Virus record (IMG/VR): IMGVR_UViG_3300022602_000028
Strand: one strand, 5' to 3'
Source: a virus
Length of the DNA stretch: 64,000 nt
In this document: positions 1 through 9,009 of the stretch, piece by piece
Layout of the letters: every line of letters begins with the position of its first letter
Position numbering within the stretch: the first letter of the stretch is position 1
Made by a program: the position numbers and the translations under genes
The notes under the pieces: model-generated
The model's input: only the letters and a program-made list of their open reading frames with translations
The model's database searches: none
What the model was told of the DNA's origin: nothing

Positions 1-2
1 AA

Positions 3-95
3 ACCATGCGTATTAGTGATCAAGGTGCTCTACAAATTACTGTAGACAGCGGTATTACAGAATACGAATACATTCTTCCAGCACAAAGCAAATAA
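3..95 (+). CDS. C-terminal fragment of a gene truncated by the window edge, probably the DNA polymerase sliding clamp (gp45-like)
   Basis: Frame 3 reads TMRISDQGALQITVDSGITEYEYILPAQSK* (hand translation). The ...ITVDSG..Y.YILPA ending resembles phage sliding-clamp C-termini. Confidence 0.5.
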   Translation, partial: TMRISDQGALQITVDSGITEYEYILPAQSK

Positions 96-274
96 TGATC
101 GAACTTCATAAACGTACCGTACTAAGAGCATTAAGTTATAGAATAGTAGCATTACTGATAACTGCTGTCTGGACCGGTTTAAGCGATGCAGTTATAATAC
201 ATGTTATCCTAACTGCGGTACATTACGTTATGGAACGAGCATGGTTAAAAATAAAATGGGGCAAAATTGAATAA
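95..274 (+). CDS. small membrane protein, DUF2061-like
   Basis: Not in ORF track. Hand translation MIELHKRTVLRALSYRIVALLITAVWTGLSDAVIIHVILTAVHYVMERAWLKIKWGKIE; TAATG coupling to the upstream stop; R-T-x-x-(K/R)-A-x-S-Y-R and ERxWxKxxWG pattern. Confidence 0.6.
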   Translation: MIELHKRTVLRALSYRIVALLITAVWTGLSDAVIIHVILTAVHYVMERAWLKIKWGKIE

Positions 275-1973
275 AAATCTAACAGCAACGCAAAACGACT
301 ATGCGTACTTTCTGCCGGCAACGTCAGGTTTTTACAGCACCTACATAGGTAAACAACGTCACGGCAACTATGTAGATCCAGCACGTATTCCAGCCAGCTT
401 TGGTCCCATGGGTATCGAAGCAATGAATTATCTAAATCCCAATGCGGCATTTTACTTCGATCATTGTTTGTATTCAGCAGGTCATGCTAATTTAGATTTG
501 TCTAAACCCGATCCTAGCGAAGATATGTTTCGCAACAGGGATCGTACAACAAGTTGGGTTTTAGGTGATTCGGGCGGATTCCAGATTGGTAAAGGCGTAT
601 GGGCAGGAGAATGGAGAGATCCTAATGGCCCTGAAGTGGCAGCTAAATGGAAGGAAGTTCACGCATTAGGAGTCGAACTTGTGCCACAACTGCATCCAAC
701 TGGAGATCCTAAACTAGATAAAAATGGAAATCCGAAATATACTAAGATTGATCATGTTAAAAACTATCAAGCATTACTAGATGCGGCGCAGAAAAAACGT
801 GAACAAGTGTTAGCATGGATGGATGCATTAATGGATTACGGAATGGTGCTTGATATTCCAGCATGGGTTGAACGTAGCCCTGTTGGAAAGAAGGCCACTG
901 GTATTAGTTCATATCAACAAGCTGTAAATGCTACAAAATACAATAACGAATATTTTATTAAACACCGTACAGGTGCTTGTAAATTTTTAAATGTATTGCA
1001 AGGTGAAAATCACGCACAAGCAGAAGATTGGTATCAGCAAATGAAGGATTTTTGCGATCCTAACATATATGGCGATAAGGCTTTTAATGGCTGGGCTATG
1101 GGTGGACAGAATATGTGTGATGTCGAATTAACATTGCGCAGACTAGTGGCATTAAAATTTGATGGTCTTCTTGAAAAAGGACATCAAGATTGGATGCACT
1201 TCCTAGGAACTAGTAAATTGGAATGGGCATTATTATTAACTGACATACAACGTGCAATAAGGAAATATCATAATGAAAACTTTACCATCTCTTTTGATTG
1301 CGCCTCACCGTTCCTTGCAACCGCAAACGGACAAATCTATGTCCAAACAGAAATTAAGGACAGAGAAAAGTGGCTCTACCGTATGTTGCCGTCTCTTGAT
1401 GACAAAAAGTATGCTAAAGACACAAGATTATTCCAAGACGTAGTAGTACAAGATAAACATTTCGAGTCTTTTACTACTAGCCCATTAATGGATGGAGTAG
1501 AAGTTAATAAGATTTGTATATATGGGCCCGGTGATCTAAATAAGATAGGTAAAGAAGGTAAAACAAGTTGGGATAGTTTTACCTATGCTATTATGATGGG
1601 TCATAATGTATGGTTGCATTTGAATAGTGTACAAGAGGCAAATCGTCAATATGATGCTGGTCTTTGTCCTGCTATGCTAGTAGATGAAAAATTTGATCGA
1701 ATATACTTCAAAGATATCGTAGATGCTATTTTTAGTGCTCCTGATCGAGACACTGCTAATGCAATTATCGACGGATTTGATAAATTTTGGCAAGCTATTC
1801 CGGGAACTAGAGGATATACGGGCAAACGTACAGTTAATGCCAGTACTAAATTCTTCGAATTGTTTGAAGAAGTAGAAGAAGATAGTGTACAATTAGAAGA
1901 AGAAACCGATTTTGACGAGTCGGCAATTGATAAACTCGATGCTTTAGAAGCAAGCGTACATGACATTACCTGA
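267..1973 (+). CDS. dpdA: tRNA-guanine transglycosylase-fold protein, DpdA-like 7-deazaguanine DNA transglycosylase
   Basis: TGT motifs in order: DSGGFQ (catalytic Asp), VLDIP, NVLQG, WAMGG, MHFLG, SFDCASP (nucleophile Asp), late GHN. TTG start. Lies near folE and queE. Confidence 0.75.
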   Translation: MNKNLTATQNDYAYFLPATSGFYSTYIGKQRHGNYVDPARIPASFGPMGIEAMNYLNPNAAFYFDHCLYSAGHANLDLSKPDPSEDMFRNRDRTTSWVLGDSGGFQIGKGVWAGEWRDPNGPEVAAKWKEVHALGVELVPQLHPTGDPKLDKNGNPKYTKIDHVKNYQALLDAAQKKREQVLAWMDALMDYGMVLDIPAWVERSPVGKKATGISSYQQAVNATKYNNEYFIKHRTGACKFLNVLQGENHAQAEDWYQQMKDFCDPNIYGDKAFNGWAMGGQNMCDVELTLRRLVALKFDGLLEKGHQDWMHFLGTSKLEWALLLTDIQRAIRKYHNENFTISFDCASPFLATANGQIYVQTEIKDREKWLYRMLPSLDDKKYAKDTRLFQDVVVQDKHFESFTTSPLMDGVEVNKICIYGPGDLNKIGKEGKTSWDSFTYAIMMGHNVWLHLNSVQEANRQYDAGLCPAMLVDEKFDRIYFKDIVDAIFSAPDRDTANAIIDGFDKFWQAIPGTRGYTGKRTVNASTKFFELFEEVEEDSVQLEEETDFDESAIDKLDALEASVHDIT

Positions 1974-2220
1974 CGAAAGATTTAAAAGTATACAGCGAAC
2001 TGAAGAGTTTCTACAGGACCTAATGAATCCTCAAAAAACTCCACGTATTCCAAAAGAAATACGTGAACAAGCTCGCTGGTGCTTGCGTCATTATCCTAGT
2101 TATCATAATTTGAAAGAATTAGAACGTGCGGCTCCTAATGTCGTGCAAGAACGTATGGAAGATGTTAGTCGTATGATCAAGTATTGGGAAGAAGGAAAGA
2201 AATTTACAAATGAAAACTAG
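1960..2220 (+). CDS. hypothetical protein, BPSL0761-like
   Basis: MTLPDER...EFL.DL...P..IR.QAR..LRHYP pattern; overlaps both neighbours. Confidence 0.55.
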   Translation: MTLPDERFKSIQRTEEFLQDLMNPQKTPRIPKEIREQARWCLRHYPSYHNLKELERAAPNVVQERMEDVSRMIKYWEEGKKFTNEN

Positions 2221-3091
2221 TCTTGTTGTAGGTATGGGCATTGGCAATCTATATGTTAAAGTATTAACTGAACTTGGTCACGGTGTAATTACCGTAGATA
2301 GCGACCCAAATAAAGGTGCAGATTTTCAAACTGTGGATTCAGCTATTATTAAATGCCACATGTTTGATACTGTACACATTTGTACTCCTAACTTTACGCA
2401 TTTCGAGCTTGCGGCTAAACTAGCGCCTTATACAAAGATTGTTTTTATTGAAAAACCAGGTGTTGCTACTAGTCTCACATGGGCTAAACTTATAACCACA
2501 TTCCCTCAAACACGATTTATGATGGTTAAAAACAATATGTGGCGTAGTAATATAGATGAATTAAAGTTACAAGCATTAAGAGCCCGGTATGTTGATTTGT
2601 TTTGGTGTAATAAAGATCGTGTACCTAACCCTGGAACTTGGTTTACTACAAAAAAATTAGCATTTGGAGGTGTTAGTAGAGATTTAATGCCACATTTATT
2701 AAGTTTATATATTGCCCTTAATCCAAACTGGCGTAAAGAACTGTTAAAAGATTATGGTTCTAATAGGCAATGGGAGTTAAAGGATTTAACTCAAACTGAT
2801 TACGGTGTTGTTAAATCAGATGGAATATATGATGTCGACGATCATTGTTATATAGATTTTGGAAATAAATGGTCGTTAGAAGCTAATTGGAGAAATACCA
2901 CCGATGATTTAAGGCGGATTGATTTTCATACCAATGATGGATTAATAGAAAGTTTTGAATTAGGGTTATGTCCAGAAGAAGCATATTCAAATATGATCAA
3001 AGATGCTATAGACAATATGGATAATTATCAATTCTGGTTAAATCAATATGACATTGACCTTTGGATCCACGAACAAGTAGAAAAATTATGA
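2210..3091 (+). CDS. Gfo/Idh/MocA-family NAD(P)-dependent oxidoreductase
   Basis: N-terminal GxGxG (GMGIG), VHICTPNFTH and VFIEKP motifs. Confidence 0.8.
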   Translation: MKTSLVVGMGIGNLYVKVLTELGHGVITVDSDPNKGADFQTVDSAIIKCHMFDTVHICTPNFTHFELAAKLAPYTKIVFIEKPGVATSLTWAKLITTFPQTRFMMVKNNMWRSNIDELKLQALRARYVDLFWCNKDRVPNPGTWFTTKKLAFGGVSRDLMPHLLSLYIALNPNWRKELLKDYGSNRQWELKDLTQTDYGVVKSDGIYDVDDHCYIDFGNKWSLEANWRNTTDDLRRIDFHTNDGLIESFELGLCPEEAYSNMIKDAIDNMDNYQFWLNQYDIDLWIHEQVEKL

Positions 3092-3993
3092 AAGTAAAAT
3101 GTTTGCAAACTAACGGTCAAGGTTGGTTTGATGAAGTTGAGTACGATAAACCTGAACCAAATACTTATGAAATTGAAGTTAAATCGTTAATGACAGGTGT
3201 TTGTCGTAGCGACATTGATATGATGATGGGCGAATTCGGGCCATTACCGTTGCACATGCAAGGTCACGAAGGGTTAGGCATTGTAACCAAAGTTGGATCA
3301 GGCATTGCTAAAACCAACGTTGGCGATATTGTTGCTACACGAGGTGAACCAGCGTATGCCGATTATTATAATGTTAGAATTGAAGAATTTGTAGTAGTCC
3401 CCGAAGCTAATCCTAAATATATTCTTGAACCAGTAGCGTGTGGACTCAATCTTATTAATCAGGCTAAAGAACAATTATTAGATAGACAAGGTCAAAGTGA
3501 AAACACACGTATGTTAATTATTGGTAGTGGTTTCCTTGCTTGGGTTGCTTATCATGCTATGCGCCTAAATGGTTATATCTTTCATGTAGATGTGCTTGGA
3601 CACAGCAATAAAGATTTGTGGGGAGATAAACTTTTATCAAGCACTATTGAAAATTATGATGTTGTTGTAGATCTTAGTGGAAATTATGAGCTAGGTTTAC
3701 AAATTAACCTAAATAATAATGCATTAATTATCGATGGAGTTGGCAAAGCAGTATCTAAACAAGAAGCGCAATCTCAACTTTGGAAGGCTGTTACTACTAT
3801 TAAGCCAAGTCCACGTAATCCTTATTTTATTGATTGTATGCAAATGGCAAGGTATTTTATCGAAAACGGTTACTTAGAGGTTGATTCTTTTTGGACAAAA
3901 TGTTACAATCGTACTACAGAGTGGGAACAAGCGTTTGCGGATGGCGTTAATCGTCCGAGTGGTTACAGCAGAGGTTATATTAAATGGGATTAA
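3088..3993 (+). CDS. zinc-dependent medium-chain dehydrogenase (sorbitol/threonine dehydrogenase-like)
   Basis: GVCRSD (Cys), GHEG (His-Glu), ILEP ligand motif, IIGSGFLA Rossmann motif; no structural-Zn lobe. Start moved to 3088 because of the ATGA overlap. Confidence 0.8.
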   Translation: MKVKCLQTNGQGWFDEVEYDKPEPNTYEIEVKSLMTGVCRSDIDMMMGEFGPLPLHMQGHEGLGIVTKVGSGIAKTNVGDIVATRGEPAYADYYNVRIEEFVVVPEANPKYILEPVACGLNLINQAKEQLLDRQGQSENTRMLIIGSGFLAWVAYHAMRLNGYIFHVDVLGHSNKDLWGDKLLSSTIENYDVVVDLSGNYELGLQINLNNNALIIDGVGKAVSKQEAQSQLWKAVTTIKPSPRNPYFIDCMQMARYFIENGYLEVDSFWTKCYNRTTEWEQAFADGVNRPSGYSRGYIKWD

Positions 3994-4499
3994 ACACAGA
4001 AGAACGACAAGATGTTGTTTATTTCACAGGTTATGAAGTGGAGCATACTATTTGTCATAGTATGTTTACCTTATTTGTTGTAGGAACTCCTCCTATCGAA
4101 GAAATCCTTACAAAAGCTGAAGAAAGTAAAGTAAAACATATCTACTTTGGCACTAGTCAAAGTTTTAATCCTAAATCGATTAGCCACGGAGAATACAAAC
4201 GCTGGGATGATGTTATTATTCCGTGTTTAAAGAAAGACTATTGGGTAACTCTAGACTTTGGTGTTGAACATATTGAAGGTGTATTAGAATCTTCTTATAA
4301 CGAATATCCACGTTTTGTTCCTATGATTAGTGTTAAACTACCGTATATCAATCAACTTAACTATAATGCTACACTTAAACTTGATGATCGCACTTGGGGT
4401 GCTACAAATCCCGGTGTATGGACACATCAACTACACGATCTAATGAGTAAAGACAAATACACTTATTGGGATCAATATACACAAGATACAACGCTGTGA
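3984..4499 (+). CDS. hypothetical protein within the modification cluster
   Basis: 171-aa ORF overlapping both neighbours; no recognised motif. Confidence 0.7.
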   Translation: MGLNTEERQDVVYFTGYEVEHTICHSMFTLFVVGTPPIEEILTKAEESKVKHIYFGTSQSFNPKSISHGEYKRWDDVIIPCLKKDYWVTLDFGVEHIEGVLESSYNEYPRFVPMISVKLPYINQLNYNATLKLDDRTWGATNPGVWTHQLHDLMSKDKYTYWDQYTQDTTL

Positions 4500-5146
4500 A
4501 TAATTATATAATTCCTACAACAGTAGTAGATAATTTTTTTGATAATCCCTTAATGGTTAGAGATTATGCATTAAGGCAAGAATATCAAACCGACGATGAG
4601 AGTCGATGGCCCGGTGAACGGTCTTTGCCTTTGCATAAATTGGATAAGAATTTTTTTGACAATACTATAACAAGGTTTTTAAAAATATTTTATCCTGCAA
4701 ATCATACCTATGCATGGAGCTCAACTGGATGTTTTCAAAAAGTAAGTTCAATATATGATAGTGGGTGGGCACATGTCGACGATGCCTTGATTACCGGAAT
4801 TATATATTTAGATGATGATGCTACACCTGATGCAGGAACAACTGTATATGATTCAGCAGTTATGGCTCCGCAAGCATTACATCAAGATAAATTTGCAGAA
4901 ACAATAAAAGATCCTAAGAAAAATATTGAATATAAAAATTATAGAGAAGAAAATAATAAACAATTTTCAGAATCTATTATAGTTAAAAATAAATTCAATC
5001 GATTAGTTGCATTTGATAGTCATATGTATCATGCCGCTAATAATTTTGTAAAAAATAATACGTCTGATAGATTGACATTAGTGTTTTTTATCTATAAACT
5101 ACAAGTAGATCAGTTTCCGTTACAACGCTTTAAAAGAGAAAATTAA
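4496..5146 (+). CDS. 2OG-Fe(II) dioxygenase (DUF6445-like)
   Basis: VDNFFDNP...VRDYAL N-terminus, WAHVD (HxD), FNRLVAFDSHMYHA (distal His), RLT (2OG-binding Arg). GTG start in a GTGA overlap. Confidence 0.7.
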   Translation: MNNYIIPTTVVDNFFDNPLMVRDYALRQEYQTDDESRWPGERSLPLHKLDKNFFDNTITRFLKIFYPANHTYAWSSTGCFQKVSSIYDSGWAHVDDALITGIIYLDDDATPDAGTTVYDSAVMAPQALHQDKFAETIKDPKKNIEYKNYREENNKQFSESIIVKNKFNRLVAFDSHMYHAANNFVKNNTSDRLTLVFFIYKLQVDQFPLQRFKREN

Positions 5147-5541
5147 TGATTATTAAACAAGATATTAGACCAAATAAAATGATCTGGGTTACTTTTCAAA
5201 AGGAAGGTATCCACTGCTATCCAGCGGCCGCAACAGATCCAAAATTAGCAACAGGAGACATGTATGACGTATCGTTTCTTGGTACTCCTCATCGTCACAT
5301 CTTTCATTTCAGGGTGTGGCTTAGTGTGCAACACAATGACAGAGATGTCGAGTTCATACAATTCAAGCGATGGCTCGAGTCGCTGTATAATGGTCAAGAT
5401 TCCGTTTTGAAACTTGACTATAAAAGTTGCGAGATGATGTCAGATGATTTATATGACACAATCTCAGCAAAGTATCCAGATCGTGAGATTTGGATTGAAG
5501 TCTCCGAAGACGGAGAAAATGGTTCTTTTATTAAGTATTGA
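5146..5541 (+). CDS. dpdL: QueD-paralogous T-fold protein, DpdL-like (putative 7-carboxy-7-deazaguanine decarboxylase)
   Basis: LGTPHRHIF fits LxxxHRHxF rather than the QueD CxxxxHGH motif; also DRDVEFI and SCEM. Confidence 0.6.
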   Translation: MIIKQDIRPNKMIWVTFQKEGIHCYPAAATDPKLATGDMYDVSFLGTPHRHIFHFRVWLSVQHNDRDVEFIQFKRWLESLYNGQDSVLKLDYKSCEMMSDDLYDTISAKYPDREIWIEVSEDGENGSFIKY

Positions 5542-5561
5542 TATAAACAAGGAAAGCTATT

Positions 5562-5810
5562 ATGGCTAAGAATTATAAAGACGTTAGTTATTTCGAAATC
5601 CGCCCTGATATTGTCAAAATTTTTGACGACTTAGAGTCATATTTGGATTATTGCAAACTAGAAATGTTTCCGTTTAACGAAGCAGATCTTTACAATAGAG
5701 AAAGTTGGGCTTGGAGAAATTATGAAAAACGTAATCGTCCTAAGAAGCCTTATACCGGTGAACGCAAACCACGTGGCGAATACAACCGCAGTGGAAACAA
5801 TCGTTATTAA
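5562..5810 (+). CDS. hypothetical protein
   Basis: 82-aa ORF with GGAAAG SD and basic C-terminus. Confidence 0.7.
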   Translation: MAKNYKDVSYFEIRPDIVKIFDDLESYLDYCKLEMFPFNEADLYNRESWAWRNYEKRNRPKKPYTGERKPRGEYNRSGNNRY

Positions 5811-5812
5811 TA

Positions 5813-6913
5813 ATGACAATTTTTCTAGTTGATTTAGAAGCCGTAGATACAAGGTACACGGGTCAGTGGAAGACTCATGTACCTAATCTCTTACGAAAGG
5901 CAGGACACAATGTTCAAATTCTATCTGGGCCTACGGATATTCCTACAGCCACTACTCCTGGTGCTTTTCTTAATTTTGGTGGCACCAATATATACAAGTC
6001 TAGTCAAGTTGAACAAATGGGCAGGCTTTTTTGCTCCGGATCAGTACAGCCTGGCGATCACTTCTTGTTTACCGATGCTTGGCATCCTGGCATCATAAAC
6101 TTAAAGTACATGAGTGAGCTATTGGGAATTCCAGTAGTTACACATGGCTTATGGCATGCCGGCAGTTATGATCCTCAAGACTTTTTAGGAAGACTTGTTG
6201 GTGCTAAACCCTGGGTTAGACATGCAGAACAAAGTTTTTATCATGCTTTTGATCATAATTACTTTGCTACTAAGTTCCATATGGAACTGTTCTTTAGAGA
6301 ATTACTCAACGGAGGATTTCAAAATGAAAATCCTTGGTACGAAGAAGATCTAGAAGAAGTATTATCCAGCAAATTTCCTAAGATGCAACAAACAGGCTGG
6401 CCTATGGAATATATGGAAGATACATTGCTAGCATATAAAAATATGCCCAAACGTGATCTAATTCTTTTTCCGCATCGTATTGCACCTGAAAAACAAGTTG
6501 AGATTTTCAGAGACTTAGCTACACACTTACCGCAGTATGAATTTGTAGTGTGTCAGGATCAACAATTAACAAAAAACGAATATCATAACTTGTTAGGCGA
6601 AGCAAAGATGGTTTTTAGTGCTAACTTACAAGAAACTTTAGGCATTAGTTGCTATGAAGGTGCGGTGGTTGATGCTATTCCCATGGTGCCGGATAGGCTT
6701 AGTTATACCGAGATGTATTACGATGGATTTAAGTATCCAAGTAAATGGACTGAAAGTTATGACGCTTATACCGTATATCGTCCAGACGTATGTCGTAAGA
6801 TAATGGAACATATGGATAATTATTCTACAAGAATTCATATGATCCGAAAACAAGCAAAGGATTTACATGACAATTTCTTCTCCGCAAACAGTTTGTTGGA
6901 CAGGCTCAACTGA
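5813..6913 (+). CDS. GT-B fold glycosyltransferase (GT4-like)
   Basis: FPHRIAPEKQ and ETLGISCYEG (ExxGxxxxE) donor-binding motifs; 366 aa. Confidence 0.8.
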   Translation: MTIFLVDLEAVDTRYTGQWKTHVPNLLRKAGHNVQILSGPTDIPTATTPGAFLNFGGTNIYKSSQVEQMGRLFCSGSVQPGDHFLFTDAWHPGIINLKYMSELLGIPVVTHGLWHAGSYDPQDFLGRLVGAKPWVRHAEQSFYHAFDHNYFATKFHMELFFRELLNGGFQNENPWYEEDLEEVLSSKFPKMQQTGWPMEYMEDTLLAYKNMPKRDLILFPHRIAPEKQVEIFRDLATHLPQYEFVVCQDQQLTKNEYHNLLGEAKMVFSANLQETLGISCYEGAVVDAIPMVPDRLSYTEMYYDGFKYPSKWTESYDAYTVYRPDVCRKIMEHMDNYSTRIHMIRKQAKDLHDNFFSANSLLDRLN

Positions 6914-7274
6914 TTATGCTAGTAGTTACTCTCCTTGCGTGATTACAATTACTGCTCCAACTAGTGGATACTCTCTTTCATCGGATACTATTACGATTAG
7001 TAATACATGTTATTCTCCCACGCATACTATTAGTACGTTTGGCACAGGTATAGCATCGTTAACTACTGCTCAACTTAATAGTATAGGTACATCCGATACC
7101 TTTACGTTTCATTTGCCTGAAGATTGGAAAGATCAATTTCCCAATTGGTCAGAAGTGCAGAAAATGTGCGAAGAATATCCTGGTTTAAAAATAGCATTTG
7201 AAAAATTTAAAACAACTTATTTACTAGTAAAAAATCATTATGACACTCCAGAAGATCAAAGACCACGTCCTTAA
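6867..7274 (+). CDS. hypothetical protein with Ser/Thr-rich N-terminus
   Basis: 135-aa ORF; low-complexity N-terminal half, folded-looking C-terminal half (WSEVQKMCEEYPGLKIAFEKF). Confidence 0.6.
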   Translation: MTISSPQTVCWTGSTDYASSYSPCVITITAPTSGYSLSSDTITISNTCYSPTHTISTFGTGIASLTTAQLNSIGTSDTFTFHLPEDWKDQFPNWSEVQKMCEEYPGLKIAFEKFKTTYLLVKNHYDTPEDQRPRP

Positions 7275-7731
7275 TTGGCTCGAACGCCATGACCGTAAAC
7301 GTATCATTATGGATCGTACAGAAAACGAACCATATCTCGAACGTTACTATGTTCTATTCAAAGAACGTGTAACATTCCCTTACAACGTATTTTTACACAA
7401 GTTCTTAAAATCAGATCCAGATGATGTTCACGATCATCCATGGAACTACTTTACTATCATTCTTGCTGGCGGTTACTATGAGTGGATTGCTCAGTTTAAT
7501 GAAGATGGTACAAAGAGCTGTGAAGTAAGAGTGTGGCGTGGGCCTGGTAGTTTCCGTTTTGGTAACACACATACCTTTCACCGTATTGAATTAAAAGAAG
7601 GCGTTACTCCATGGACATTGTTCTTTGTGGGCAAACGCCAACGTGAGTGGGGATTTTTAGTTAGAAATAAATGGATCCACTTCGAAAAATATTTAAGTGA
7701 TAGAAAGAATGGCCTACTTCCCAACAACTAA
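7240..7731 (+). CDS. cupin-superfamily metalloprotein
   Basis: HDHPW...GGYYE motif 1 and HTFHRIEL motif 2. Confidence 0.65.
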   Translation: MTLQKIKDHVLNWLERHDRKRIIMDRTENEPYLERYYVLFKERVTFPYNVFLHKFLKSDPDDVHDHPWNYFTIILAGGYYEWIAQFNEDGTKSCEVRVWRGPGSFRFGNTHTFHRIELKEGVTPWTLFFVGKRQREWGFLVRNKWIHFEKYLSDRKNGLLPNN

Positions 7732-8095
7732 TACATCTGCTACTTCAGTATATACTAATGGTACCGGTACAACTACTGTACCATATGGCGGTTATTTAAC
7801 ATCGACTGGAACTAACACTATTTGGACCACTAATACAAGCGTTCCAAATAGCGAAGTGATGAGGATTAATCAAACTGATCCGCCTACGATAGAAGTTAAA
7901 GGTAATATGGTTATCAATGGCCGCGATCTGGAAGAACGGTTAGAGACAATCGAAAAAGTCTTGAATATTCCAGAAAGAGATGTTATACTAGAACATAAAC
8001 ATCCAAAGCTCAAAGAACTGTACGATGCGTACATAAATGCTTTGGGCAAATATAGAACATTTGAAGCAATTAAAGGAGATGAAGATGCAAGTTGA
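7697..8095 (+). CDS. hypothetical protein
   Basis: 132-aa ORF, Thr-rich N-terminus, overlaps neighbours. Confidence 0.6.
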   Translation: MIERMAYFPTTNTSATSVYTNGTGTTTVPYGGYLTSTGTNTIWTTNTSVPNSEVMRINQTDPPTIEVKGNMVINGRDLEERLETIEKVLNIPERDVILEHKHPKLKELYDAYINALGKYRTFEAIKGDEDAS

Positions 8096-8324
8096 ACAAT
8101 TACACGAATCAGTTAAAGATACTTATAAAGAGACGATTATCAAAGAACACGAAGGCTTTCGTCTTGTTTTAAAAAAACACGAAGTACTAAATCCTAAAGG
8201 ATTGTTTAGTGTCAATTTAGAACAACAATCACTAAAAGACGGTGAGGTCACAGATACTGCTGTTTATAATTTCTTTATGACTCAAGATGAAATGACAACA
8301 TTAGCATCTGCATTGACAGTATGA
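8085..8324 (+). CDS. hypothetical protein
   Basis: AGGAG at 8074-8078 favours the ATG at 8085; ATGA overlap with the next gene. Confidence 0.6.
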   Translation: MQVEQLHESVKDTYKETIIKEHEGFRLVLKKHEVLNPKGLFSVNLEQQSLKDGEVTDTAVYNFFMTQDEMTTLASALTV

Positions 8325-8818
8325 AGAAAGTTTACTATACCTGGCAACAAGTCGAAGGAGCGGTATTAGATATCGCTCGCCAGATGTCAGCACACGATTG
8401 GAAGCCTGACTATATTGTAGGTATAACCCGCGGTGGACTTGTGCCAGCTAACTTGCTAAGCCAGTACACTGGCATTAAAATGAACAGTTTAGACATTAGT
8501 CTACGAGACGGTGGCGACTGTGTTAGTAATTGTAGCATGAGCGAAGACGCATACGAAGGTAAAAAGATTCTAGTTGTTGATGATATTAATGATCAAGGAT
8601 CTACCGTCGCGTGGATTAAAAAAGATTGGCAAAACAGTTGCTTGCCTGGCGAAACACAATGGCAACATGTATGGGGAGACAATGTCAGGTTTGCAGTATT
8701 AACTCATAATTTATCTAGTCAATTTAAAGATCCAGATTACTATGTCTGGACTGTAAACAAGACAGAAGAAGATTGTTGGTTAGTTTATCCTTGGGAGGAA
8801 TTTTGGTTATGTCGTTAA
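8321..8818 (+). CDS. type I phosphoribosyltransferase (xanthine/guanine PRT-like)
   Basis: GITRGGLVPA, PRPP-binding ILVVDDINDQGST, and WLVYPWE as in Gpt. Confidence 0.85.
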   Translation: MKKVYYTWQQVEGAVLDIARQMSAHDWKPDYIVGITRGGLVPANLLSQYTGIKMNSLDISLRDGGDCVSNCSMSEDAYEGKKILVVDDINDQGSTVAWIKKDWQNSCLPGETQWQHVWGDNVRFAVLTHNLSSQFKDPDYYVWTVNKTEEDCWLVYPWEEFWLCR

Positions 8819-9009
8819 CAAGCAGTTTAATTAGATTAGCATTTGGTATTATATTCATTATCATTGCTATTTCATTGGGACCTATCATAGGTATATGGGC
8901 GTTGAATACATTATTTCCGGCATTGCATATTCCATTAACATGGGAAACTTGGGCCGCTTTTAATATCTTATTCAGCGGATCATTAATTAAATTTGGTACT
9001 GGAAAATGA
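8809..9009 (+). CDS. small membrane protein
   Basis: Two hydrophobic segments; GGAGGA SD before the ATG at 8809. Confidence 0.6.
   Translation: MSLTSSLIRLAFGIIFIIIAISLGPIIGIWALNTLFPALHIPLTWETWAAFNILFSGSLIKFGTGK

Noticed and set aside
267-1973. Ordinary tRNA queuosine TGT
   Set aside because: No Zn triad, no QueF/QueA and no tRNA genes in the window; DNA modification is the better-precedented phage role, though not excluded without an assay.
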